Shown: positions 28,801 to 40,111 of the stretch, one piece after another
How positions within the stretch are numbered: position 1 is the first letter of the stretch
How the letters are laid out: each line of letters begins with the position of its first letter
Assembly (NCBI GenBank): GCA_963700285.1
Contig: CAVOXA010000001.1
Span: 1-64,000, forward strand
DNA length: 64,000 bases
DNA from: an uncultured Chloroflexia bacterium
Lineage (GTDB): Bacteria; Chloroflexota; Anaerolineae; JAAYZQ01
Reading direction: 5' to 3'
Translations under genes and position numbers: made by a program
The notes under the pieces: model-generated
What the model was told of the DNA's origin: nothing
The model's input: the letters and a program-made list of their open reading frames with translations, nothing else
The model's database searches: none

Positions 28801-29652
28801 CTATTTCTTGTTCTTCTTTTCCTTGCCTTTCTTTCCTTTCCGTTTTGACTTCTTGTCTTTCTTCTTCTCTTTCATATCCTGGTCCTGTTCGGCCTTTTGT
28901 TTCACTCTGTCGGCTTTGGACAGGGGATTGGGAGGAACATAATCCAGTTCTTCGCTTAGCAAGTGCACCAGGGTTCGCAGGGTCTTTACCCTGGCGTACC
29001 ACTTGCAGTCGCCCTCGACGATGGTCCACGGGGCAGTGAGCGTGCTCGTCTTGAGGATCATGTCGCTGATCGCTTCTTCGTACAGATCCCACTTTTCACG
29101 GTTGCGCCAGTCCTCGTCGGTTAGTTTCCAGGCCTTGTAGGGTGTCTCGCTGCGGGCCTCAAAGCGACGCAATTGCTCCTCCTTGCTGATCTGTATCCAG
29201 AATTTTGCGAGGATGGTACCAAAATCGGCCAATTGGCGCTCGAATTCGTTGATCTCACGGTAGGCCCGCTTCCACTCTGCCTCGCTGCAAAACCCTTCCA
29301 GCCGTTCAACCATCACCCGGCCGTACCAACTGCGGTCAAAGAAAAGGACCTGCTTTTCGTCGGGCGCCTGGAGACGCCGCCAGAACCGCCATAGGTAGTG
29401 GTGTGTCTTGTCTTCACCTTGAGGTGCGGCGATGGGGTAGACCTCATAGCCCCGCGGATCTAGCTTCTCGGTGATGCGCTTGATGTTGCCGCCCTTGCCG
29501 CCCGCATCCCACCCCTCGTAGACGATCACCAGCGGCCGCTTCTGAACGTACAACTGATAGGCCAGGGCGCGTAGCTGCAGTTGGTAGCGGATCAAATCGC
29601 GAACGTACTCGTCTCTCGTCAGCGTCTTGCTCAGATCAACGGTCTCCAGCAT
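28801..29652 (-). CDS. Polyphosphate kinase 2 family protein with Lys-rich tail
   Basis: EGWDAGGKGG, LDPRG, FDRSWYGRV.VER, WKLTDEDW. Confidence 0.93.
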   Translation of the reverse strand: MLETVDLSKTLTRDEYVRDLIRYQLQLRALAYQLYVQKRPLVIVYEGWDAGGKGGNIKRITEKLDPRGYEVYPIAAPQGEDKTHHYLWRFWRRLQAPDEKQVLFFDRSWYGRVMVERLEGFCSEAEWKRAYREINEFERQLADFGTILAKFWIQISKEEQLRRFEARSETPYKAWKLTDEDWRNREKWDLYEEAISDMILKTSTLTAPWTIVEGDCKWYARVKTLRTLVHLLSEELDYVPPNPLSKADRVKQKAEQDQDMKEKKKDKKSKRKGKKGKEKKNKK

Positions 29653-29661
29653 GGCTCCCTC

Positions 29662-30546
29662 CTACTCCTCTCCCGCCTGCGCCTCTGCTTCGGCCGCTAG
29701 CTCTGCTTCCAGGTCTTCATCGTCATCCTCTTCCTCCGAGAATTGCTCATCCACGTATTCATGCTCCCCTGGCAGCTCGGGCGCCCGCTCCGTTTTGCGA
29801 TCGGGGCGGCGTCGCTCTTCTGGTAGTTCAAAGCCCCGCTCCTTCAATGCTTCCTCCAGGCGCTGGATGATGGTCTGAAAGATCTTGACCCGCGCCCAGC
29901 GTCGATCTGTGGCCTCGACGATGGTCCATGGTCCCCACTCGGTATCGGTTCGTTCCAGCATCTCCTCGATGGCCAGTACATATTCGTTATACTTGCGGTG
30001 GTGCTCCCAATCCTCCGGCTGCACGTGCCAGCTCTTGAGCGGGTCTTTCTCCAGTGTCTTGAAGCGGCGCTTTTGCTCCTGCTTGCTAATGTGCAGGAAG
30101 AACTTGATAATGATATAACCATCATCGGCGATGGTCCGCTCAAAGTCGTGGATGTCCCGATAGCCCCTCCGCCATTCCGACACCGGCGTCAGGCCCTCTA
30201 CCCGTTCTACCAGAAGGCGGCCATACCAGCTCCGGTCAAAGATGGCCATCTCGCCATAGTTGGGCAGCTTTAGCCAGAATCGCCACAGCCAGGGCAGGTG
30301 CGTCTCAAAGGTGCGCGCCCCCTGGATGGCGTAGAGTTTGAACCCGCGCGGATCAAGGCGCGAAGTCAGCAGGTTGATGGAGGTCCCTTTGCCGGCAGCA
30401 TCCCAGCCCTCAAAGACGATGATGCTGGGCAATTTTGCATCCCAGCAAGCCTTTTCCAGGTCGTAGAGACGCCGCTGAAGACGGGGAATCAGGACTCTGT
30501 ACTCCTCCTTCGATAGCTTGCGGTTGAGGTCGATTTTCTCCAGCAT
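29662..30546 (-). CDS. Polyphosphate kinase 2 family protein with acidic tail
   Basis: EGWDAAGKGT, LDPRG, FDRSWYGR..VER. Confidence 0.93.
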   Translation of the reverse strand: MLEKIDLNRKLSKEEYRVLIPRLQRRLYDLEKACWDAKLPSIIVFEGWDAAGKGTSINLLTSRLDPRGFKLYAIQGARTFETHLPWLWRFWLKLPNYGEMAIFDRSWYGRLLVERVEGLTPVSEWRRGYRDIHDFERTIADDGYIIIKFFLHISKQEQKRRFKTLEKDPLKSWHVQPEDWEHHRKYNEYVLAIEEMLERTDTEWGPWTIVEATDRRWARVKIFQTIIQRLEEALKERGFELPEERRRPDRKTERAPELPGEHEYVDEQFSEEEDDDEDLEAELAAEAEAQAGEE

Positions 30547-30571
30547 AGATGACGACTCCTTCCAGTCCTCG

Positions 30572-32355
30572 CTACAGAACCATGACTGCTTCTGCAATCA
30601 ACTGGCTGAAACCTGTTCCTGTAAGCTTCTGCCATGCCCCGGGAAATGTGTCCAATAGGCACTGCATCTCGCCTGCTGCGCCGTCAGGTAGGCGGTCACG
30701 CCTGGGGAGACGATCGCTTCCGCAGGGTCGGACAGCTGCGCTGGGATGGTTTGTTGCCCCCAAGTTCCCCGGCAAAGGTAGTCGCGCAAGATGCTGCTGG
30801 CCACAACGGTATCCTGCAGTGCGCCCAGGTGGTCTTGCATCGCGACTACCTCCTCGATGATGGTCCCGGTATCCGGCCCCAGCACCTCTTGGAAGAACTC
30901 CAACGTGTAGCGCAGCCGCTTGCACGCGATACGCAAGGCATGCAGCCGGGCCGGCGGCGGGTCGGGGATGCAGACCCACTCGTCGTAGGCGCGCACATTC
31001 GCCAGCCGCTGGTAAATAGTCACGGGCGCTACGTGGCGCACGCGGTAGGGCCGTGGGTCATTGCCGCCGGGGTCGGCGCCAAGACTGCCCATTCCAAAAG
31101 TCTCCACAAATGTTCCAAATTGATCGACAAAACACCGGTATTGATTCCCATCCAGGTGGGCGAGCATCTGGGCGCGGGCTGCATCGCGTTGTCTCTCAAG
31201 GAGGGCCAGGAGGTCATCCAGGCTGTCCCGCTGCGATTCAGGCAGGTTATCCAGATATGCCTGGACTGTGGCCCGAAATACGTCCAGGTCGCGTACTGCA
31301 CCCAGGGCCCGACCGGTCTGCTTTAGGCCCTCTAGATAGGGTGCGATCGCCTCGGCCTCGTAGTAAGGGCCAAAGATCCGGAAGGCAGCCCTCATGCGCC
31401 GCGTCGCGACCCGCATCTGGTGCAGAGCCTCAATGTCCGCCCCCAAGCGCGTACCGGGCTCGTTGTCAACCATCCGCTGGAAGTGGAAACGCAGGGTCTT
31501 GCGGCCAGCTTCGCCCATGGGATCTTTGGGCTCGATGCCTGGCTGCTCGACCAGTCGGATCTGCTCCAGGTGTGTCTGCCTGCCTTCAACACCGCTCACT
31601 TCGATGGTTATAGCCGATGCTCCCTCGGTCGAGCTTTCCCCAACGGTTGCTGGCATCCGGCCCACCGTCGAGTTCTCCATGGCCGGTGTGGGTGGCGCCT
31701 GACCGGCAAGCGGGACTTGGAAGACAGCTTCCGGCCCTGTAGTTCCTCCTTTGTGGAGGGCCAACCCCCGATCGTACTTGGACCGACTCTCCGGCGCCAA
31801 CTCCCATAGCTCCTGCAGCTCTGTGCTGATCTGTTCCAAATCCTCTTCACGGCCATCAGCAACCAGTTCTGCTTCGAGTTCCAGAAAGCTGGCAGCCATG
31901 TCTTCCCGGGAAATGCGCACACGGTCCAAACTCACTTCGGCAACCAGGCGGTCGCCGTCATAGAGGGGACGGCTGTACCGGGTCTGCTTGACCTCAAACA
32001 TGGCGGTCAGTTCCTCAGTATCGCATAGGCGCAGCATTGTGTCACGCGCGGCGCCGGAGGGCCATGCCTGAGGTGGCTGGGGCTCAGGTAGCTCAACCTG
32101 GTGTTCCGCCCTCCGATGGACGGCGCCTGAAACCCCTCCAAGGCCCTTGAGCGTGGCCAGCGTGATCCTGTCTGTTTGGCGTATTCGATAGGCATATCCC
32201 CCAGCACGGATGGCCCCATCCTTGGTATCCAGGTAGCGGTCATGCAGCTCAGCGATGGACACTTTGCCAAGGGTGAATCTGGCCAAGGTGCCAGTCTCCA
32301 GCAACCGCTGAAGTGCCTCTTCATCGGAAATCTGGAACTTGGCCTCAATCTCCAA
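30572..32355 (-). CDS. CYTH + CHAD domain protein (probable frameshift near 30670)
   Basis: MEIEAKF, DRYLDT, ELEAEL, SKYDRG (CYTH); LHQMRVATRRMRA, LGAVRDLDV, LHALRIACKRLRY, QDHLGALQD (CHAD). Confidence 0.9.
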
Positions 32356-32505
32356 AATGCCCCTGCTTCTTGTTCTCTATTCGTCCACACTCTCCGTGGG
32401 GGATCAGTTTGGAGACGATGGAAAACATCTCTGCTTTCTGTCTGGAGTACATTATACCATACACTCCCGTTCTTCGCAACCCACGGACACCCATCAAGGT
32501 CTGAT

Positions 32506-34282
32506 CTAGGCCAGTGTCTCCAATTCCTCGATCATCTCGGCGATCACGTCAAAGCCACCCTGCCAGAAAGCGGCTGAAGTCATGTCGATGCCCGCCTCGA
32601 CCAGGATTTCAGCCGGGCTCCTGGACCCGCCATAGGCCAGGATCTTGAGATACTTGGGGATAAAAGATCTCGCCTTCCTCTTTGTACTGCCGGTACAGGG
32701 CCAATACCAGCAGCTGGCCAAAGCTGTAGGCATAGCAGTAGAAGGGCGTGTGGTAGATGTGCGGGATGGATACCCATTCCCAGCGAAACTCGTCGCTGAT
32801 CTCCACAGCATCGCCAAATTGCTCCTGCAAATTGGCCAGGTAGCGTTCGGCCAGAAAGCCCGTTGTCCTGCCCTCTTGAACCAATTCATGGGCCTCACGC
32901 TCAAAGAGGACAAAGTACGCCTGTCGCATCACTGTGGCGTAGGCATTGTCCACAAAACGGGCCAGGATGTCCCGCCGTACGGTCGCATCAGCTTCCTCTC
33001 CCAGCAGGCGTTCGAGGAGCAGCATCTCGGAAAAGACAGAAGCTGTCTCGGCCAGGGGCAGGGACGAGTGGAAGGTCAAGGGCGTATGGCCCGCGGCCAT
33101 GAGCCCGTGGACGGCGTGACCCAGCTCGTGGGCCAGGGTCGAGACGTCGTTGGCTTTGCCATTGTAGTTGACCAGTACCCAGGGTGCAATGCCGGGCAGT
33201 ACGCTGGCACAGAACGCCCCCGAGTCCTTGCGGGGCCGAATCTCCGAGTCGAGATGCTCTTCGGCAAAGACGCGCTGAGCATGCTCCGCCAGGAGTGGCG
33301 AGAATCCGCCCAGGCTGTCTAGTACCATGTTGGCCGCTGTGTCGAAAGGATAGGTCTTGTCCGAGCTGCTCAGGGGGGCATAGATGTCATAGCGCCGCAA
33401 CTTGTCGAGACCCAGCCAGCCAGCCTTCAGCCGGAAGTAGCGCTGGAAGAGCTTGGCATTCTCCTGGCAGACCTCCAGGAGGGTATCCACGACTGTCGTC
33501 GGGAATGTCATTGCCCAGGTTGCGGACGGCGATGGGCGAGGGATACTTGCGCGAGCGAGAGTTGCTCGCTGGCCCAGTCTCGCACGACGTGTTGGTAGAT
33601 CTGGCCCAGCACGGTGCTCTGCTCGCCATAGACGCGGTACAGTTCCTGGTAGACGGCGGCGCGCACGTCGGGATGCGGATCACGGGCATAGACCATGAGT
33701 TCAGAACGGCCGAGTTCTTTGACCTCACCATCGATCTCTACTTTGAAGACAAAGGCGTTGGTCAGCATCTCGTACACGGTCACCAATGCCTGGACCCCAT
33801 TTACGTCCTTCAGGTTGATGACCTGTTCCTCCAGTTCTGACAGTGTATGGGGTTTGAAGCGGCGCAGCGACTCCAGGTAGTAGGCGTTGTCGCCGCTTGC
33901 GGCTAGCAATCGTTCGGCAGGCTCGTCGTCCAGCCCTTTCCACCACAAGGTGAAGAACAGTACCCGATTCTGAACGTCGGTCAGCAGTTGCTCCATCCTG
34001 CCCTCGAAAGGCCAGGGCATCCTGGTCCTGAGTATCCTCGGCGTACCACAGGTAAGCATAGGCCCCCATGCGCTTGGTAAAGGCCGCGAGCCTTTCCACT
34101 TGGCTCATAAGCTGAGAAAAGTCCGCCTCCGAGATATCCGGCGAGAGTTCTTCCCGGCTTGCTTCAAGTTGCAAAACGACACCTTCCAGTTCGGCCAGCA
34201 TCCCTTCGAACTCGGGGCTAGCTGTGCTTGGCAAAAGATCCTTCAGGGACCACCTTGTTTGTTCGAATGCTTCGTGGTTCAT
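32506..34282 (-). CDS. pepF: M3 family oligoendopeptidase F, several frameshifts
   Basis: WSLKDL, K.SGAFC, TLAHELGHAVH, AETASVFSE, IPHIY.TPFYCYAYSFG across four frame segments. Confidence 0.87.
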
Positions 34283-34399
34283 TTTGGTCCTTCCCTTTAC
34301 AGGTTGACTCGCCATCGCCGAGGGGGTTATTGAACGAGGCTGGTGCTACGGCAGGCACCAGCCTGCTGCGGTTGTCTTCCATGCAGGCGAGTTCTCGGC

Positions 34400-35798
34400 T
34401 CAGGTCAGCCCCCACACGTTCGATGACTCTTTTGGAAACAGCGCCTCAAGCAGGAGCTGCGCTTCGTCGTTCAAAGTCCAACAATCGGCAAAGGCGTATT
34501 TCAGTTCTCCCAGGGACCGGTAGCCAAACAACAGTTGTAGGAAGGTTAGCCCGGGAAAACCCACAGTACCATCCTCTGCGCCTATCGGCTGCCAGAAGTC
34601 CACGTCAACCAGCTTCCCCTGCTCGAACATCAGACGCAATCCGTCATGGTAGCGGCTGATCTCCATTTCTCCAGTGTGCCCCACCAGCACCGACTGGGCC
34701 AGCCGGTGTTCCAAAACCGGGGCTACTTTGCGGATGAACCCTGGCAGGTCGGGCACGCGCAAGTACCAGGCATAGGGGTTGGCGGTTTTCGGTAGCTGGG
34801 CGTCCATCGCTTCGTAGACCGGGTGCTCTGTGCCCAATAGAAAGGCAAACGTGGTCAGTGTTTGCCCCTCGTCTCGCCGCGCATACTCCTGGCCCTTGGC
34901 CCAGAGATAGCGTATCACCGTTGGGGTCACTGCCAGCCAGGAGACCCCTGCTTCAAGCTCATATGCGGTAGCCGTCGGATCTGCCCCGAGATAGTGCATC
35001 CCTGTGTACCAAAAAGCCCACCCGCTTGCCCGCCAGTGTCTCTACAATGCATAGTACACGCCGGCCGTCGCTTTTCTCACTTCTACCTGTTAGTTCATAT
35101 TGCCACAATGCCTCGTCGCGGACGCATGACACGAGGGAGCGCTGGCACCCTCGCTCATAAGCCTCAGCGATAAAAGGCAGGTCGGATCTCGTTGCCATGC
35201 GTACATGGTATGGTTCTGTCTCGCCATCCTGCAACTTGGGTACCTGGCAGCCGTAGCCCAGGCGCCCGCCACCCAGGTTCAGCGCCATCTCGTAGCCGAA
35301 CTGACGGTAGTACCAGGGGATGCCCGTGATGGCTTGCAGGCTCTCCCCTCGCCCGGCACTCCGCTGGTGGACTGTCTCGAATTGGGCGCGTACCAGGCCG
35401 CGCCTCCGGTAGTTGGGGTGCGTGCCCACCAACTCTGGCCGCCCAACGCCGATCTCAACGTCTCCAAAGGTCCAGGTCTGAGCGATCAAGCACATCGAGG
35501 ACACAATCGCGCCTGTATGCACGTCCTCTACCAGGCTAAAGTCACCTGCTCTGACGGTCGGGTGCCTGCCCGACAGCATGTCCCTGGTCGAGGCCACGAT
35601 CCCTTCGTCTGGGCCTTCAGTCTCTGGGGCGCGGTGCACCTCACCGTGAAAGGCCACCAGCGGGTCGGCGTCCGCTGGCGTTGCCTGGCGCAATCGCAGC
35701 CCATCTCCGAGGTCTGGGTTTAGGCTTCCGCCCTGTCCGCTGTCGACTCTTGCCCCTCTGGAGTCAAGATGAGAGCCTGGACTTGGCCGTCCTGACAC
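34400..35798 (-). CDS. GNAT N-acetyltransferase (Eis-like), frameshift near 34975
   Basis: GRPELVGTHPNYRRRGLVR, ITGIPWYYRQFGYE; C-terminal LQLLFGYRS..LFP. Confidence 0.8.
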
Positions 35799-37078
35799 TA
35801 TACAATCACCATTTGGGGACGTTCCGGCCCCACCGAGATAAAGCGGATCGGTGCACCAGCCAGTTCTTCGATGCGTCGCAGATAGGCGCGGGCAGCTTCC
35901 GGCAGGTCTCCCCAGATACGACAGCCGCTGGTGTCACTCTGCCAACCTGGCCAGGATTCGTATACCGGCTCGACCAAAGCTTGCGTAGCGGTGTCAGGTA
36001 CATAGTCCAGTACCTGATCGCCCAGCCGGTAGCCCACACAGATCTGGATGGTGTCGAAATAGTCCAATACGTCCAGCTTGGTCACGGCGATGCCCGTGAA
36101 GCCATTGATCCAGGCCGCATAGCCGATGGCCACACCGTCGAGCCAGCCGCAGCGTCGCGGGCGCCCGGTTGTCGCGCCATACTCCCGTCCGATCTCCTGG
36201 AGTTTAGCACCCAGCTCATCGTGCAACTCGGTAGGAAATGGCCCGCTTCCTACTGAAGTCGAATAGGCCTTGACCACACCCAATACCTCGTCGATGGCCC
36301 TGGGCGGGATGCCAGCGCCCATGCATGCCCCGCCCGCCGTTGGCGAGGAGGCGGTGGTGTAGGGATAGATCCCCCAGTTTATGTCCCGTCCAATACCAAG
36401 TTGCCCTTCCAGCAGGACTTGCTGGCCGCTCTGTACTGCATCGCGTACCCAGGGAAACGTATCTACGATGCTGTCGCCATGCCGTTCTCGCCAGGCAGCG
36501 GCCAGATCCATCAGTTCGTCCACGGTGAATTGCCTCAGACCGTAGAAGGCCAGCACTCGATTCTTGAGGGGCAGAACCAGTTCTAGGCGCTGCTGCAGCA
36601 GATCGGGATGGTGGAGATCGCCGGCGCGGATGCCGTTGTAGGAGTGCTTGTCCGCATAGACCGGGCCAATCCCCCGCCGGGTCGTGCCCATTTCCTCGGC
36701 GCCCTCAACATCCCGCTTGCGTCGTTCCTCTTCTGCGCCATCCAGCAAGCGGTGGTAGGGCCAGATGAGATGAGCCCGGATGTCGATCCACGAGTTGCCG
36801 GCTTCCACGCCGGCGGCTCGGAGCAGCGACTGTTCTTCGGCGACTGTGTCCAGGTTGACGACCGTCCCTGGGCCGAGCAGGCAGCGCACGTGAGGATAGA
36901 AAATGCCGCAAGGGATCAGGTGCAGGGCAAAGCGACCATAGTCGTTGACCACCGTGTGCCCGGCATTGTCGCCACCCTGGAAGCGGATCACCATGTCGGC
37001 CTGTGCTGCCATATAGTCCACCACACGCCCTTTGCCTTCGTCGCCCCATTGGGCTCCCACGACGATCGTCACGGTCAT
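35798..37078 (-). CDS. purA: Adenylosuccinate synthetase
   Basis: [42 protein letters not shown]. Confidence 0.97.
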   Translation of the reverse strand: MTVTIVVGAQWGDEGKGRVVDYMAAQADMVIRFQGGDNAGHTVVNDYGRFALHLIPCGIFYPHVRCLLGPGTVVNLDTVAEEQSLLRAAGVEAGNSWIDIRAHLIWPYHRLLDGAEEERRKRDVEGAEEMGTTRRGIGPVYADKHSYNGIRAGDLHHPDLLQQRLELVLPLKNRVLAFYGLRQFTVDELMDLAAAWRERHGDSIVDTFPWVRDAVQSGQQVLLEGQLGIGRDINWGIYPYTTASSPTAGGACMGAGIPPRAIDEVLGVVKAYSTSVGSGPFPTELHDELGAKLQEIGREYGATTGRPRRCGWLDGVAIGYAAWINGFTGIAVTKLDVLDYFDTIQICVGYRLGDQVLDYVPDTATQALVEPVYESWPGWQSDTSGCRIWGDLPEAARAYLRRIEELAGAPIRFISVGPERPQMVIV

Positions 37079-37161
37079 TGCCTACCCCCTCGGTCGATTC
37101 GACAGCCTGGAATTCAACGGGTCAATCGGAAGTAATGGCTGGCACATCTCCAACCCCGGCC

Positions 37162-37923
37162 TCATACCAGCGGCCAGGGGACGACGCGTCCCGGCCCGGG
37201 CTTGGGGAGACGGCCTGCCTGGATCAGCGCTTGTACGCGACGGCGCAGCGCGCATACTTCGTCGTCGCTCAGCAAGCGACAGAGAGCCCGAGGCAGGGTC
37301 AAAGACTCGCCAAGAGCCTCCTGCAGGTCCTGGAGGCTGGTCACTACCTCCTCGGGTAGGGGCTGTTCCGCGAAATCCCAGATCACCGTTCGCAACTTGT
37401 ATTCTGCATGAAAGGTCAGTGCGTTGTCGATGGCCCACAAGTGCCCGTCGCGACCTACCAGGCAGTGACCAGACTTGCGGTCCGCGTTGTTGGCGATCAC
37501 ATCGAACACAGCCAGTCGCAGCAGGTCGTCCGCATAGGCGGCATCGTCTTGGATGGTGAAAAAGTGGGCATCTTTTTGAGCGTGGACAAAAAACTGTACC
37601 GAGCCCAGTCCGTAGGGACCCTGTCGCAGCACCGTTGGCGGAACCAAGTCCCAACCCAATGCCTCGCACACCAGGTAGGCGGCGACTTCCCGCTTGCCCA
37701 GGCTTCCAGCAGGAAAATCCCACAGAGGGCGTTCACCACGCTGCGGCTTGTAGATGCCCATCGTTGAGAACTCGTCGTCCCGAACGGTCACCAGTAGCGT
37801 GGCATTGGAACTCCACGGGATCAGACCTTCGATCTCGATCTCTCCCTCGGAGAGGAGCTGGAGGATGCGATCCGAGGTGAGGGCGATGATGGCATCCGTC
37901 CCCGCCTGCTCGCTGGTGTTCAC
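37162..37923 (-). CDS. SCO1664 family protein (PI3/4-kinase-like)
   Basis: SSNAT, IYKPQRGERPLWDF, REVAAY, NNADRKSGH, IDNALTF. Confidence 0.87.
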   Translation of the reverse strand: MNTSEQAGTDAIIALTSDRILQLLSEGEIEIEGLIPWSSNATLLVTVRDDEFSTMGIYKPQRGERPLWDFPAGSLGKREVAAYLVCEALGWDLVPPTVLRQGPYGLGSVQFFVHAQKDAHFFTIQDDAAYADDLLRLAVFDVIANNADRKSGHCLVGRDGHLWAIDNALTFHAEYKLRTVIWDFAEQPLPEEVVTSLQDLQEALGESLTLPRALCRLLSDDEVCALRRRVQALIQAGRLPKPGPGRVVPWPLV

Positions 37924-38444
37924 GTCCGGTTGCCGTTCCTGCGAGGGCAGAAGTGGCCTTCGGGATCTATGGCTTGGCCACACATGCTGCAAGTAGGGCG
38001 TCCCGATGCAACCACTTCCTGCCCATGGATACTGAGCGCGCGCATCTGAGCCTGTGTGGCCCAGAGGCGCGCCACCGATGGTACTGCTCTGTCGTCCTCA
38101 TCCAAAAGCTCGTAGGCGATCACCAGCAGCAACCCACTGACCTCGTCGTACCCGAGGTTCACCTGCCCTGTCCGAAAGGCCGGCTCCAGAGGATACTCCA
38201 GGTCCATCCTACCTTTCAGCGCAGGATCCGGCTCAACGACGGCGTCGACGTTGTCGTCGGCCAGCGAGAGCAGTACCTGGTCAGTAGCCATGGCCAGGGC
38301 CGCCACGTGCTCCTTTTCGCAGATCACCGTCACCAGTTGATTTCCCTTGCGAGCCTGAAGGTAGAATACCCTCTTTCCTGGCTCGCCAATGGCATCAGCG
38401 GTGATGCGATCGACCGGATTCAAATCAAAGACCTCATCGGGCAT
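37920..38444 (-). CDS. DUF3090 family protein
   Basis: DAIGEPGKRVFYLQA, CEKEH, GRPTCSMCGQAIDPEGHFCPRRNG. Confidence 0.87.
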   Translation of the reverse strand: MPDEVFDLNPVDRITADAIGEPGKRVFYLQARKGNQLVTVICEKEHVAALAMATDQVLLSLADDNVDAVVEPDPALKGRMDLEYPLEPAFRTGQVNLGYDEVSGLLLVIAYELLDEDDRAVPSVARLWATQAQMRALSIHGQEVVASGRPTCSMCGQAIDPEGHFCPRRNGNRT

Positions 38445-38446
38445 GG

Positions 38447-39100
38447 TCAGTGCTCCTCGTTTTCTGGTTGCATCGGATGCTCCTCAATCTCGAATGAAGG
38501 CAAGGTGGCAGTATGATTCAGACATAACAGCCGCGGGCCAAAGCGTGTGAAGGCAAAGGCCGTTACCGAAGCAGGACTGATGGTCAGCCTCTGGAAAAGA
38601 TCCAGCGGCACGCCGGTATAGAAGGCTGAAGCCATCTTGATCGGGTCCGAGTGTGAGAAAACAGCAGCTATCTGCTCAGCGTGTGCATCCCGGATGGCGT
38701 CCAGTTCGGCCACAATTCGTGCCTGGACCTCACGCATCGACTCGCCATCTGGAAACCGGGCTCCGGCGGGATAGACTTGGACCACTGGCCACAGCTCATC
38801 TTCCTTCAAGTCCTTGAGCTCCCGACCCGTCCAGCTGCCATACCCGGCCTCACCAAGTCCCTCGCGTACCTGTACGGTCAGGCCTTGAGCTTGGGCCAGT
38901 GGCTGGGCTGTCTCAAGGGTTCTTTCCAGTGGACTGCTGTAGATGGCCCGCAGGGGTGTGTCTGATAGCCGCTGGGCCAGGGCAGTGGCCTGCGCGCGGC
39001 CTTTGTCATTGAGGTGAACCCCTGGTGTCCAGCCTGCCAATCGCTCGCCTACCCAGTCGTTCTCTGCATGGCGGATCAACAACAAATACATCATCTTCAT
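38447..39100 (-). CDS. Histidine phosphatase (MSMEG_4193-type phosphomutase)
   Basis: LIRHA, LAGWTPGVHL, SSPLERT, SHSDPIK, DLFQRL.ISPAS. Confidence 0.87.
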   Translation of the reverse strand: MKMMYLLLIRHAENDWVGERLAGWTPGVHLNDKGRAQATALAQRLSDTPLRAIYSSPLERTLETAQPLAQAQGLTVQVREGLGEAGYGSWTGRELKDLKEDELWPVVQVYPAGARFPDGESMREVQARIVAELDAIRDAHAEQIAAVFSHSDPIKMASAFYTGVPLDLFQRLTISPASVTAFAFTRFGPRLLCLNHTATLPSFEIEEHPMQPENEEH

Positions 39101-39332
39101 TATATTATCTCCAGCCTATCATTATACCACAAAGCCGCTCTGACACGAAACGGAAAGCCTTCCCGCTTCCATGCAGGCAAACTTTCCAGCGGACGTGGGA
39201 CATCGGAAACCGTCACAGTCTAGCCGCCTGCCATGGCCTTCATTCAGTCAGAGCTGCGATCTCACAGTAGCCACTTGCCTGCGGGCAGTGGCTCTGATGC
39301 CATTGCTTCGCTACGCCGCGAGTGCTGAGGGA

Positions 39333-40088
39333 CTACAGAGGGTACCTATCGCCATCGTGGGCCAGGCTCACCGGGCCGGGGAATTCAGAAGCTGCCCGGC
39401 GCCAAGCCTCCAGATTCACATCCCGCACGGGATAATGGGTGAGAGCCAGCTTTTCCACACTCGCTGCACGGGCGACCTCTGCGGCTTGGGCCGGTGACGA
39501 GTGACCAGGGTACTCTCCAGATGCTTCGTGGATCAGTAGATCTGCACCAAAAGCCAGCCTGATCAGGGCTGGACAGGGCTCTGTATCCCCCGAGTAGACA
39601 ATGGCCCGTCCGGTCTCAGTGTTCTCGAAGCGAAATGCCAGCGCCTGCATGCCCCTGTGACGAACAGGCGTGGCGATAATCCGTACCCCCTCCACTTCCA
39701 GAACCCGCCGATGCTCGCGCAGGAGAACTGGCTGCCATTCCAGGGAAAACATGTCGGCGCGTTCGGCCAGGCTGAACATCTCCAGCAGGCTGCGAGCGAT
39801 GTCCAGGGCTTCTGTGGGACCGTAGATGGGCAGTGGATCCTCGCGCCCGCCAAGCCACAGGCCCTGGATGAGCAAGGGCAAGCCGTAAATGTGGTCAGCA
39901 TGATGGTGGGTCAGGACCACGGCTCGGATCGATGCCATCTCTACCCCAACTCGAGCGAGCTTGTAGAGGGGACTGCCTCCGCAGTCGATCAGAACTGCCC
40001 AGTCGGGTCCGCAGAGCACCTGGCCGACGGTATCATGTCCCGCGTCGGGGACAGAGGCTGCGGTGCCCAGAACGATCAGTTCAGGCAT
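39333..40088 (-). CDS. Ribonuclease Z-like MBL-fold protein
   Basis: LGTAAS, DCG, THHHADH, YSGDT, HEAS, HSS, LTHY. Confidence 0.82.
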   Translation of the reverse strand: MPELIVLGTAASVPDAGHDTVGQVLCGPDWAVLIDCGGSPLYKLARVGVEMASIRAVVLTHHHADHIYGLPLLIQGLWLGGREDPLPIYGPTEALDIARSLLEMFSLAERADMFSLEWQPVLLREHRRVLEVEGVRIIATPVRHRGMQALAFRFENTETGRAIVYSGDTEPCPALIRLAFGADLLIHEASGEYPGHSSPAQAAEVARAASVEKLALTHYPVRDVNLEAWRRAASEFPGPVSLAHDGDRYPL

Positions 40089-40111
40089 CGGTAGGCCTCC
40101 TGAGACAAGGG

